Assembly: GCA_964187785.1 (NCBI GenBank)
Contig: OZ076409.1
Span: 74,960,001-75,024,000 of the forward strand
Direction: 5' to 3'
Length of the DNA: 64,000 nucleotides
DNA from: Amphiscolops sp. MND2022
Taxonomy: Eukaryota
Shown here: piece by piece, positions 1-11,216 of the stretch
How the letters are laid out: each line of letters starts with the position of its first letter
Position numbering within the stretch: position 1 is the stretch's first letter
Translations under genes and position numbers: made by a program
Notes under the pieces: generated by a model
Told to the model about the DNA's origin: nothing
The model's input: only the letters and a program-made list of their open reading frames with translations
Databases searched by the model: none

Positions 1-388
1 GCGCTGTTTAGTGCAGCAACGCTATTTAGGGCCTTAGGACCCATTTTGGTAAGTTTTGAAACCGTCTTATCCTTCTAATAGCACAAAACAGTTTCGTACA
101 TTCCATCTCCCTCTCGGGGGAGATGAGAATGTACTCACAAAAAACCAAGTATGACACCCCCAATCTACCAGCAATGGCGTTATGAAGGCAGCAGCGTGAG
201 CTTTACAGTAGTCTCTACGTGTGTTGACTCTGAGCTAGTAATGTATTTATATCACCAAACGTGAATGAAATGTTTTACTCCAAAATTATTTTACATTTAA
301 TATGTCATCAATGCACGCATTTCAATCTATCTACAACTACTACTACTACCTACCCCCGTGCTAGTCACGCACAAGCCTGCAGCGCTAG
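1..388 (+). repeat. Cassette D0, 3' part of a D-family unit (partial)
   Basis: Aligns by eye to the D1 tail from ~45550 (gctgtttagtgcagcaa...accgtcttatcc...gtacattccatctccc hairpin); ends gcgCTAG. Confidence 0.8.
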
Positions 389-424
389 GTGGTCCGGGGC
401 TGTATTGTGCCCCACAGTAGTCCT

Positions 425-459
425 TGCGAGGCCGGGGAGGGTCCCGATTGCCGAGCGCA
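425..459 (+). other. Conserved head stem-loop (A1 example; an equivalent follows every core)
   Basis: tgcg-a-ggc-cggg-GAGGGT-cccg-att-gcc-gag-cgca; compensatory stems in other heads. Confidence 0.8.
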
Positions 460-1211
460 TTATCCAAAATACATCACTAGTCCACCGGGTCGGATTTCGG
501 CGATTTTGGAATCTAACCATACGATTTAAATAAAACTTTGCACACATACCTAAAATCAAATTATAAGAACTTTTTTCCCCTGACGTATCATCATTGAAAC
601 ATTTGTTGAAAAGTTATGTGCAAATGATCGTGTTTTTTGGCACTTTTTCGCATTTTTCACACAGTAGCTCCACACTTTACGCTATGCATTTGGCCCATTT
701 TTTGCGTGCGAGGCATAAATGATGTCATGTTCACACATGCCAAAAATTATTTCTCAATTCGCAACAGGAGTGGAGATATGGCGGATAATATAGGCGGAAA
801 AAATAACGAATACGAAAATTTGCACATATTTGGCCAACATTTGTTTGAAAAATGAGAAAAAGTAAAAAGTACGCGGATTGCTTTGAAACTTGGCACACAG
901 GTAGTAGAACAAATTCTAAGAACTTTTTTCTTCTGACGTTTTTCCGAAAAATTGCATCTTCAACCTATATTTGCAATATTTCGGGTTTTTTGATTCAACG
1001 TGATTTATCACTCACATATTCAAAGTCCATTTTCAGCATGAAGCAACGCAGATACCGGCAATGAGCACATATTGCAAAATCATCAACGGCCAACGGTCTA
1101 CCGAACAGTCCAAAAAAATTTTGCCCTCGGGCCCAATCAAAGTGGCCAAAGGTGCCAAAATGTTTTTTCTAACAGTATCACCATTACAAAATTGATGATT
1201 TGACCAGGAGG

Positions 1212-2390
1212 AACGGTCCGCACGGTCTCGGACCATAAGGTGAAAAAGTGTCAGTGAGTTATGGTGACGACCAAAATGACATCGGTAGACCTCTAGGAGG
1301 CCTCTGAAAAAAAATTGATTTTTTTGAGTCACGGTCCGAGTTGATCTGTTACGTTGTATGAACATTTCATAATCATGTTACTCATAACCGGGTGCAGATA
1401 GCACCGTTGGTCATCTTTATCAAAATGAACATTGGGCAGCGGTCTAACGATTGAGTGTAAAAAATATACCTTAGTTGCTATTGTGAAAGAAAAAAATTCT
1501 CAGAAGTGTTGTTTTCGATTTTTCATGTCGACTCGCAGTTACAAAAAGGTGATTTTCTCTTCAGGAACGGTCCGAACGGTCTAGGACCATAAGGTCAAAA
1601 ATTGTCAGTGTGACATGGTGGCGCCCAAAAACCCATCAGAACACTTGTAGGAAGCTTCTGAAAGAATATCGGATTTTTACGTGGGTCCGAGAGTTATACT
1701 GTCACATCGTAACAACATTTCGGGTATGCATATCTCCTGACAGAGTACAGATAGCATCATGGGTCACCTTTTCGAAAAAGAACGTGGGCCACTGGTCTAT
1801 CGATTGGTCATAAAAAGTTTTCAGTCACTGCTGCACGGCGTGCACAATATGCCAATATGGGGTATTTAGCATTTTTTTGCACGACTCGGACCTACAAAAG
1901 TCCCATTTCTGCTCCACCAACGGTCCGTACGGTCTTGAACCATAAGGTCAAAAAGTGTCAGTGTGCTATGGTGACGCCCAAAAACCCATCAGTACACTTG
2001 TAGAGTGCTTCTGAAAAATTTTGGAATTTTTAGGTGAGTCCGAGAGTTATAGAGAGTTATGTTGTCACATCGTAACTACTTTTCGGGTATGTATATCTCC
2101 TGACAGAGTACAGATAGCAACATGGGTCATCTTTTGGAAAGTAAACGTGGCCCACTGGCCTACCGAATGGTGATAAAAAGTTTTCACTAGTTGCTACAGG
2201 GAATGATAAAAGTGCTTACATGTGTTACTTACCATTTTTTTAGGCGACTCGGACTTACAAAAAGCTTATTTGCTCGCCAACAACGGTCTCTACGGTCTCC
2301 GACCATAAGGTCAAAAAAGTTTTGTGAGCTATGGTGACGCCCAAGAACCCATCAGTTTACCTGTAGGATGATTCTGAAAAAATTTGTTTT
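1212..2390 (+). repeat. ~354-bp internal tandem subrepeat of A cassettes (A1 example)
   Basis: aacggtcnnnacggtc...ccataaggt-aaaaa-tgtcagtg starts at 1212, 1566, 1919, 2282 (spacing 354, 353, 363). Four starts in A1-A5, five in A6-A8, one in C. Confidence 0.85.
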
Positions 2391-4247
2391 TTTCCAGTTC
2401 ACTATGTTAGATATTACATGGCGAACCGTGTTATTTTTCCAACAAAATTATGTTTTTGAGTGCCCGAAATTAGTTTTTAAAGCACAATAGCCACATAAAA
2501 TGTTGTTTTGCATAACATGGGATGTGAATAACATGAAAAAAGGGCCCACTGTGGGTTTGGGGTCATTTTGAAAAAATCAGCTGCCATTGGACGTTACACA
2601 TCAGAAAATCATACCTCACATATCAATATATGGGTTGAGTGAAAAATAGCTTAAATGATTTTTCAATCAATCAAGACCCTTTTTTGTTCACAACCACGTG
2701 TACAGCTGACGTTGAACGCATATTGATCTTCCGCAATGGTTACATTACGATTTTGAGTGACAAAAGCCCCGTTGACAAACAAAATTCCAAGATAAAGTTT
2801 GTTTCCAAATCATTTTTTGACGTATACGACCGCCAATTTCTGCCCACACACATCAATTATCCACTTCTCTTAGTCCAGTGACATGTGAAAAACACAACTA
2901 GGCATTGACAATCCACATACACTATAAATCGAGTAGTCATGGGCAACAATATTTACAAATCAGTAGTGAAATTTGTCTAAAATTGATAACACATCACAAT
3001 TTTGTTGGAATCAAACTAGCAAAATGGAGGTTTATCAGCAACTTTAGGCTTTCACAGCAACCCACTGGCCCTGTAATATAGGAAAAGGGTGTTTACCGAA
3101 CTTTTAAGGTTTTATTTCAGAGTCTGAGGTAGCTAAAAATATCATACTGAAGAGACGCATGACTTCAACTTCAGTATTTTTCCCGATGTGTCAGCACTTT
3201 TTTGGTATCGGCGGTCCCACCAATACTGTTTTTGGTCTGACACTAAACCTTAGGATCAACCAAGGTGGATACCAGACTTGAAAAATCATTGCAAGGAATT
3301 TCTACATGTCAAAAGTAGTGATGACAGGAGATATTTCCCAAAAATTCCAGTTATTTGTCACGTTCCATTGTGCCTTTTTTAATCGGTCCTTGTCGGTTAT
3401 GGTATTAACGCTCAACAACAACCTCACTGACAAGAAACAACTCGTTTATAGTTATAAAAAGTATTTATAATACAACCATGCTCGGTCTGGACAGGTTTTT
3501 CATCCCATTCGTTGTTAACAAGCAAATTTTTTTCCCCAAAAATCCAATTTTTGTCAGGTCGAAAATTGATTTCCCGTGTTTTGAACAACATTATTGTGTC
3601 TGACGTAACCTGTGGCCTCCAAAATACTGAAAAACAGATACATGACTGGTATCAAATGCTTCATTGACATGTGAGCCACGATAACACGTTTTGCAAAGAA
3701 AAATTCAACTTTTAAGTTAAAATTTTGAAGACACATTTTCATAATAAAAACAAAATTCATAAAAAGTAACTTATTTCCCGTCAAATACTATTGATATACT
3801 ATCAGTGTTGCTAATATGAGGTCTATACAGCGGTGTATGGGAAAAATGTGGCGCATAAAGCATTGTGTAACACAAAACGTTCCAAAGTACTGCGCATTTT
3901 TCACTGTACTTTTTGGACTCTATGACAAAAATTTGATAGTGTAAACATCAATGAGCAGTTCAATTTAGTACGATTATTCAACTGTGCAAATGTTTCAAAG
4001 TGCACGATCTTTCTGTTGTTCCAAAATCCTTTGTTACGGCTGAAAAGATTCATATGTTTTACAACGCAATGTTCATTAAAAGATAAATTAGCAAAGACTG
4101 AATCAATTTTACAAAAGCTAACAAACTTCTCAATACGTCTTTCAGTACTTGGATTTTGCAGACTATATAGATCTGATTTGCATTTTTATAAAGACATTAT
4201 AACTGAATATAGCATTTTTATAAAGAACTTATAAAAAAATTTCGTGA

Positions 4248-4286
4248 TAGCCTTCCAAGTTGGCCTTCGGCCAACTTGGAAGGCTA
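4248..4286. other. Perfect 18-bp-stem hairpin of A cassettes
   Basis: tagccttccaagttggcc-ttc-ggccaacttggaaggcta; copies at 9141, 15074, 19968, 24863, 36760; variants at 30808 and 41496. Confidence 0.9.
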
Positions 4287-5287
4287 GCACTCCAAATACC
4301 AAAAAACAGGAGTTCCTTTATTCTCAAAATAGCTGTGGACAGTTTCATTCAACTTTCTTTTCTCACGTTAATTGATAAATTCAGAACATAAACATTTCCA
4401 TTCGCTATAAGGAGATCATAATTGAGTTCCATAAAAACATCTTTCATTGTGTCGCTTAAAAATACCATAAAAACTAACTTGAAACATATGAATTGTATGT
4501 GGAACGTACATTCTATTTACCAGTGAGTGTCTACCCTTATTGGCTCCACCAAATCCTCTACCCCTCCACTAGACAGTACGTTACATCATACGTTGATGTA
4601 TTTCACAGTGGTGACATAGGGCCAAATAAAAAAGAAATGGAGTGTATGCATTGCTAATGTTATTAAGTCAGCCAATTGTGGTAGGAAAGGTTCAATACTA
4701 CGAAAAATATCTATTCCAACTGAAAATGATTTGGGGCAAACACATGACACACAAAAATACCTCAATAATTTTCACCAATCAAATTCTTCCACAAAAACTT
4801 TTGTGTCCGATGGTGTATAATTTCCTAATTTGGAATCAGCCAGTCACGTCATTTTCGCATCTCAGCTCGGTCATAACAGAGCGTTCTTTTTTGAAATTGT
4901 CTCTACCCAAATTCACGTAACGAGGCTGCTACGTCCCCTATTTGGAGTGTTATTAGTGTTTATAAGGGATTAATCACTCTAATGAACATATACTTCTAAT
5001 GTTGAAACTCTTTCACTTTTCTTTGTAAATTGTTAAAGTAGAACATTGCTGTTATTCAGCAGGAACTCGCTTTGGCTTGCAGAATGATGGAAAATAAATG
5101 ACAAGTCGCCCTGTAAGGCACCACGTGTCGTGGGGATGACAAATATGAAATAAGTTGAACACAACTAAGACTACTTTTGTCAACAGAAGGGAAAACGATA
5201 ATTTTAATTATGAAAATTTTCATGTTTTTTAATACACATTTTCCTCGCATCTCGGCAGTGCAACTGCCACAACCTCGCCTCCACTGG

Positions 5288-8200
5288 GTGGTCCGGGGTG
5301 GTCCCCCACATGAACTTTTGCGAGGCCGGGGAGGGTCCCGGAGCCGAGCGCAATATCCAAAATACATCACTAGTCCACCGGGTCCGATTTCGGCGATTTT
5401 GGAAACTAACCATACGATTTTGATGAAACTTTGCACACATACCTAAAATCAAATTATAAGAACTTTTTTCCCCTGACGTATCATCATTGAAACATTTGTT
5501 GAAAAGTTATGTGCAAATGATCGTGTTTTTTGGCCATTTTTCGCATTTTTCACGTAGCAGCTCCACACTTTACGCTATGCATTTGGCCCATTTTTTGCGT
5601 GCGAGGCATAAATGATGTCATGTTTACACATGCCAAAAATTATTTCTCAATTCGCAATAGGAGTGGAGATATGGCGGATAATATTGGCGGAAAATTTAAC
5701 GAATACGAAAATTTGCACATATTTGGCCAACATTTGTTTCAAAAATGACAAAAAATTAAAAAGTCCGCGGATTGCGTTGAAACTTGGCACACAGGTAGTA
5801 GAACAAATTCTAAGAACTTTTTTCTTCTGACGTTTTTCCGAAAAATTGCATCTTCAACCTATATTTGCAATATTTCGGGTTTTTTGATTCAAGGTGATTT
5901 ATCACTCACATATTCAAAGTCCATTTTCATCATGAAGCAACGCATATAGCGGCAATGTGCACTTTTTGCAAAATCATCAACGGCCAACGGTCTACCGAAC
6001 GGTCCAAAAAAATTTTGCCCTCGGGCCCAATTAAAGTGGCCAAAAGTGCCAAAAGGTTTTTTCTAACAGTATCACCATCACAAAATTGATGATTTGACCA
6101 GGAGGAACGGTCCGCACGGTCTCGGACCATAAGGTGAAAAATTGTCAGTGACTTATGGTGACGACCAAAATGACATCGGTAGACCTCTAGGAGGCCTCTG
6201 AAAAAAATTGATTTTTTTGAGTCACGGTCCGAGTTGATCTGTTACGTTGTATGAACATTTCATAATCATGTTACTCATAACCGGGTGCAGATAGCACCGT
6301 TGGTCATCTTTATCAAAATGAACATTGGGCAGCGGTCTAACGATTGAGTGTAAAAAATATACCTTAGTTGCTATTGTGAAAGAAAAAAATTCTCAGAAGT
6401 ATTGTTTTCAATTTTTCATGTCGACTCGCAGTTACAAAAATGTGATTTTCTCTTCAGCAACGGTCCGAACGGTCTGGTACCATAAGGTCAAAAATTGTCA
6501 GTGTGACATGGTGGCGCCTAAAAACCCATCAGAACACTTGTAGGAAGCTTCTGAAAGAATATCGGATTTTTACGTGGGTCCGAGAGTTATACTGTCACAT
6601 CGTAACAACATTTCGGGTATGCATATCTCCTGACAGAGTACAGATAGCATCATGGGTCACCTTTTCGAAAAAGAACGTGGGCCACTGGTCTATCGATTGG
6701 TCATAAAAAGTTTTCAGTCACTGCTGCACGGCGTGCACAATATGCCAATATGGGGTATTTAGCATTTTTTTGCACGACTCGGACCTACAAAAGTCCCATT
6801 TCTGCTCCACCAACGGTCCGTACGGTCTTGAACCATAAGGTCAAAAAGTGTCAGTGTGCTATGGTGACGCATAAAAACCTATCAGTACACTTGTAGAGTG
6901 CTTCTGAAAAATTTTGGAATTTTTAGGTGAGTCCGAGAGTTATAGAGAGTTATGTTGTCACATCGTAACTACTTTTCGGGTATGTATATCTCCTGACAGA
7001 GTACAGATAGCAACATGGGTCATCTTTTGGAAAGTGAACGTCGGCCACTGGCCTACCAAATGGTGATAAAAAGTTTTCACTAGTTGCTACAGGGAATGAT
7101 AAAAGTGCTTACATGTGTTACTTACCATTTTTTTAGGCGACTCGGACTTACAAAAAGCTTATTTGCTCGCCAACAACGGTCTCTACGGTCTCCGACCATA
7201 AGGTCAAAAAAGTTTTGTGAGCTATGGTGACGCCCAAGAACCCATCAGTTTACCTGTAGGATGATTCTGAAAAAATTTGTTTTTTTCCAGTTCACTATGT
7301 TAGATATTACATGGCGAACCGTGTTATTTTTCCAACAAAATTATGTTTTTGAGTGCCCGAAATTAGTTTTTAAAGCACAATAGCCACATAAAATGTTGTT
7401 TTGCATAACATGGGATGTGAATAACATGAAAAAAGTGCCCACTGTGGGTTTGGGGTCATTTTGAAAAAATCAGCTGCCATTGGACGTTACACATCAGAAA
7501 ATCATACCTCACATATCAATATATGGGTTGAGTGAAAAATAGCTTAAATGATTTTTCAGTCAATCAAGACCCTTCTTTGTTCACAACCACGTGTACAGCT
7601 GACGTTGAACGCATATTGATCTTCCGCAATGGTTACATTACGATTTTGAGTGACAAAAGCCCCGTTGACAAACAAAATTCCAAGATAAAGTTTGTTTCCA
7701 AATCATTTTTTGACGTATACGACCGCCAATTTCTGCCCACACACATCAATTATCCACTTCTCTTAGTCCAGTGGCATGTGAAAAACACAACTAGGCATTG
7801 ACAATCCACATACACTATAAATCGAGTAGTCATGGGCAACAATATTTACAAATCAGTAGTGAAATTTGTCTAAAATTGATAACACATCACAATTTTGTTG
7901 GAATCAAACTAACAAAATGGAGGTTTATCAGCAACTTTTGGCTTTCACAGCAACCCACTGGCCCTGTAATATAGGAAAAGGGTGTTTACCGAACTTTTAA
8001 GGTTATATTTCAGAGTCTGAGGTAGCTAAAAATATCATACTGAAGAGACGCATGACTTCAACTTCAGTATTTTTCCCGATGTGTCAGCACTTTTTTGGTA
8101 TCGGTGGTCCCACCAATACTGTTTTTGGTCTGACACTAAACCTTAGGATCAACCAAGGTGGATACCAGACTTGAAAAATCATTGCAAGGAATTTCGACAT

Positions 8201-10180
8201 GTCAAAAGTAGTGATGACAGGAGATATTTCCCAAAAATTCCAGTTATTTGTCACGTTCCATTGTGCCTTTTTTAATCGGTCCTTGTCGGTTATGGTATTA
8301 ACGCTCAACAACAACCTCACTGACAACAAACAACTCGTTTATAGTTATAAAAAGTATTTATAATACAACCATGCTCGGTCTGGACAGGTTTTTCATCCCA
8401 TTCGTTGTTAACAAGCAATTTTTTTTCCCCAAAAACCCAATTTTTGTCAGGTCGAAAATTGATTTCCCGTGTTTTGAACAACATTATTGTGTCTGACGTA
8501 ACCTGTGGCCTCCAAAATACTGAAAAACAGATATATGACTGGTATCAAATGCTTCATTGACATGTGAGCCACGATAACACGTTTTGCAAAGAAAAATTCA
8601 ACTTTTAAGTTAAAATTTTGAAGACACATTTTCATAATAAAAACAAAATTCATAAAAAGTAATTTATTTCCCGTCAAATACTATTGATATACTATCAGTG
8701 TTGCTAATATGAGGTCTATACAGCGGTGTATGGGAAAAATGTGGCGCATAAAGCATTGTGTAACACAAAACTTTCCAAAGTACTGCGCATTTTTCACTGT
8801 ACTTTTTGGACTCTATGACAAAAATTTGATAGTGTAAACATCAATGAGCAGTTCAATTTAGTACGATTATTCAACTGTGCATATGTTTCAAAGTGCACGA
8901 TCTTTCTGTTGTTCCAAAATCCTTTGTTACGGCTGAAAAGATTCATATGTTTTACAACGCAATGTTCATTAAAAGATAAATTAGCAAAGACTGAATCAAT
9001 TTTACAAAAGCTAACAAACTTCTCAATACGTCTTTCAGTACTTGGATTTTGCAGACTATATAGATCTGATTTGCATTTTTATAAAGACATTATAACTGAA
9101 TCTTGCATTTTTATAAAGAACTTATAAAAAAATTTCGTGATAGCCTTCCAAGTTGGCCTTCGGCCAACTTGGAAGGCTAACACTCCAAATCCCAAAAAAC
9201 AGGAGTTCCTTTACTCTCAAAATAGCTGTGGACAGTTTCATTCAACTTTCTTTTCTCACGTTAATTGATAAATTCAGAACATAAACATTTCCATTCGCTA
9301 TAAGGAGATCATAATTGAGTTCCATAAAAACATCTTTCATTGTGTCGCTTAAAAATACCATAAAAACTAACTTGAAACATATGAATTGTATGTGGAACGT
9401 ACATTCTATTTACCAGTGAGTGTCTACCCTTATTGGCTCCACCAAATCCTCTACCCCTCCACTAGACAGTACGTTACATCATACATTGATGTATTTCACA
9501 GTGGTGACATAGGGCCAAAAAAAAACGAAATGGAGTGTATGCATTGCTAATGTTATTAAGTCAGCCAATTGTGGTAGGAAAGGTTCAATACTACGAAAAA
9601 TATCTATTCCAACTGAAAATGATTTGGGGCAAACACATGGCACACAAAAAAACCTCAATAATTTTCACCAATCAATTTCTTCCACAAAAACTTTTGTGTC
9701 CGATGGTGTATAATTTCCTAATTTGGAATCAGCCAGTCACGTCATTTTCGCATCTCAGCTCGGTCATAACAGAGCGTTCTTTTTTGAAATTGTCTCTACC
9801 CAAATTGACGTAACGAGGCTGCTACGTCCCCTATTTGGAGTGTTATTAGTGTTTATAAGGGATTAATCACTCTAATGAACATATACTTCTAATGTTGAAA
9901 CTCTTTCACTTTTCTTTGTAAATTGTTAAAGTAGAACATTGCTGTTATTCAGCAGGAACTCGCTTTGGCTTGCAGAATGATGGAAAATAAATGACAAGTC
10001 GCCCTGTAAGGCACCACGTGTCGTGGGGATGACAAATATGAAATAAGTTGAACACAACAAAGACTACTTTTGTCAACAGAAGGGAAAACGAAAATTTTAA
10101 TTATGAAAATTTTTATGTTTTTTAATACACATTTTCCTCGCATCTCGGCAGTGCAACTGCAACAACCTCGCCTCCACTGG
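5288..10180 (+). repeat. Cassette A2 (4893 bp)
   Basis: Between cores 5284 and 10177; near-identical to A1 except the first ~60 bp and scattered substitutions. Confidence 0.88.
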
Positions 10181-10961
10181 GTGGTCACGAGTATACTCTA
10201 CCAGAATATTTGCGAGGTGGGGGAGGGGCCCCGAGTCCGAGCCTCCTGTCAGATATCTATCTAGAGTGAGGGGTCCAGAAAAACAGCGATTTTGGAATTG
10301 AGCCATACGATTTGAATGAAACTTTGTGTGTCGGTAGATCTCAAAATTATAAGAACTTTTTTCTCCTGGCAAAACATGGTTGCAACACTGTGTCGGAAGT
10401 TATGAGCAAATGATCGGTTTTTTCACCTATTATCGGCATGTTTACGCCTCGGTACAACCAGCCTGTGGATACAATTGGCTGAAACTTTGCATGCGAGGCA
10501 TAAATGAAGGAATATGTTTGCATGTCAAAAACCATTAGGCTGGTGATACTAGGCTGGGAGATAGAAGCTGAAATATAAACCGAAAATTGTGAAAAATCCG
10601 GTCATTCCGTCATAACTTCCGAACTTTTGTATTGATGGTGTTTCCTTTAGCGGTAGCAGTACTTTGGAGGTACTTTCATCATCACGTGGTCAGGATAAAA
10701 AATAAAAAATAAAAAAGTTCTTCAAAAGTTCTACAAAAATTCTAAAATTGACGAATTTTTCAAAAAAAAAGATTTTTTCGTTTTTCGACGCTTTTTCACA
10801 TTCTGAGCATGAAAATGACGTAACCCTGCACTTACGATGACTACTTGAAGGATTTTCACATACCTCTTCGTCGATGAGTGGCCACTTTACAGAACTAATT
10901 GTTCTTTTGTTAGAAGTCCCGCCATTGTTTTGTCCCGGAAAAAAGTTCAAGAAACAACTTC

Positions 10962-11006
10962 TCCGTTGTTCCTGAGAAATGCGAAGCAGTTCGCAGGAAC
11001 AACGGA
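10962..11006 (+). other. B/C-family hairpin capped by GC-GAA-GC
   Basis: tccgttgttcctg/caggaacaacgga 13-bp stem; homologues at 26679, 32623, 43325, 44395. Confidence 0.8.
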
Positions 11007-11061
11007 TAGAAATAACGAAGTACCCGGGTGGTTGGAATGAGAGATATGTAATCATTCGTTA

Positions 11062-11092
11062 AACTGATGAAAAACAGAGTTTTTCATCAGTT
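11062..11092. other. Perfect 14-bp-stem hairpin in B1
   Basis: aactgatgaaaaac-aga-gtttttcatcagtt; B2 copy at 26779-26809 has one G.T pair. Confidence 0.85.
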
Positions 11093-11216
11093 GAACAGAC
11101 GAAAAACGTTTCCATGGATGTTACCTAAAGTGAACAGTGCTGGTAGCGTATTTTAAAATTTAATTCAACAGAAGCCGCCCGCCCACTCTGGTAATTAGTT
11201 TCCTTGCCTCCACTGG

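Larger units (their letters stand above)
389..5287 (+). repeat. Cassette A1 (4899 bp), putative non-autonomous mobile element
   Basis: Between cores 385 and 5284; near-identical to A2; ~354-bp subrepeats; 18-bp-stem hairpin at 4248. Confidence 0.88.
10181..11216 (+). repeat. Cassette B1 (1036 bp)
   Basis: Between cores 10177 and 11213; close homologue of 25903-26933. Confidence 0.88.

Noticed and set aside
331..350. (CTA)n microsatellite
   Set aside because: Only about 5 units and absent from the homologous D1 tail; trivial.
385..392. AG|GT splice or recursive-splice junction
   Set aside because: Most junctions are CTGG|GT, not AG|GT, and there is no consistent polypyrimidine tract.
5278..5350. 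Twister-, pistol- or HDV-like ribozyme at junctions (GAGGGTCCC, AGGG loop, gcc-tccactg-ggt)
   Set aside because: By eye the required pseudoknot partners and helix order are missing and the resemblance fails in other heads. An Infernal search and a cleavage assay would settle it.
389..10180. Assembly artefact producing tandem duplicates
   Set aside because: Even the closest copies (A1/A2, C1/C2, E1/E2) carry distinguishing substitutions, some shared with other copies. Read-level confirmation is still advisable.
11064..11112. Hammerhead ribozyme (CTGATGA...GAAA) in B1
   Set aside because: CTGATGA is buried in a perfect hairpin, GAAA does not directly follow a stem II, and B2 reads CTGATGG.
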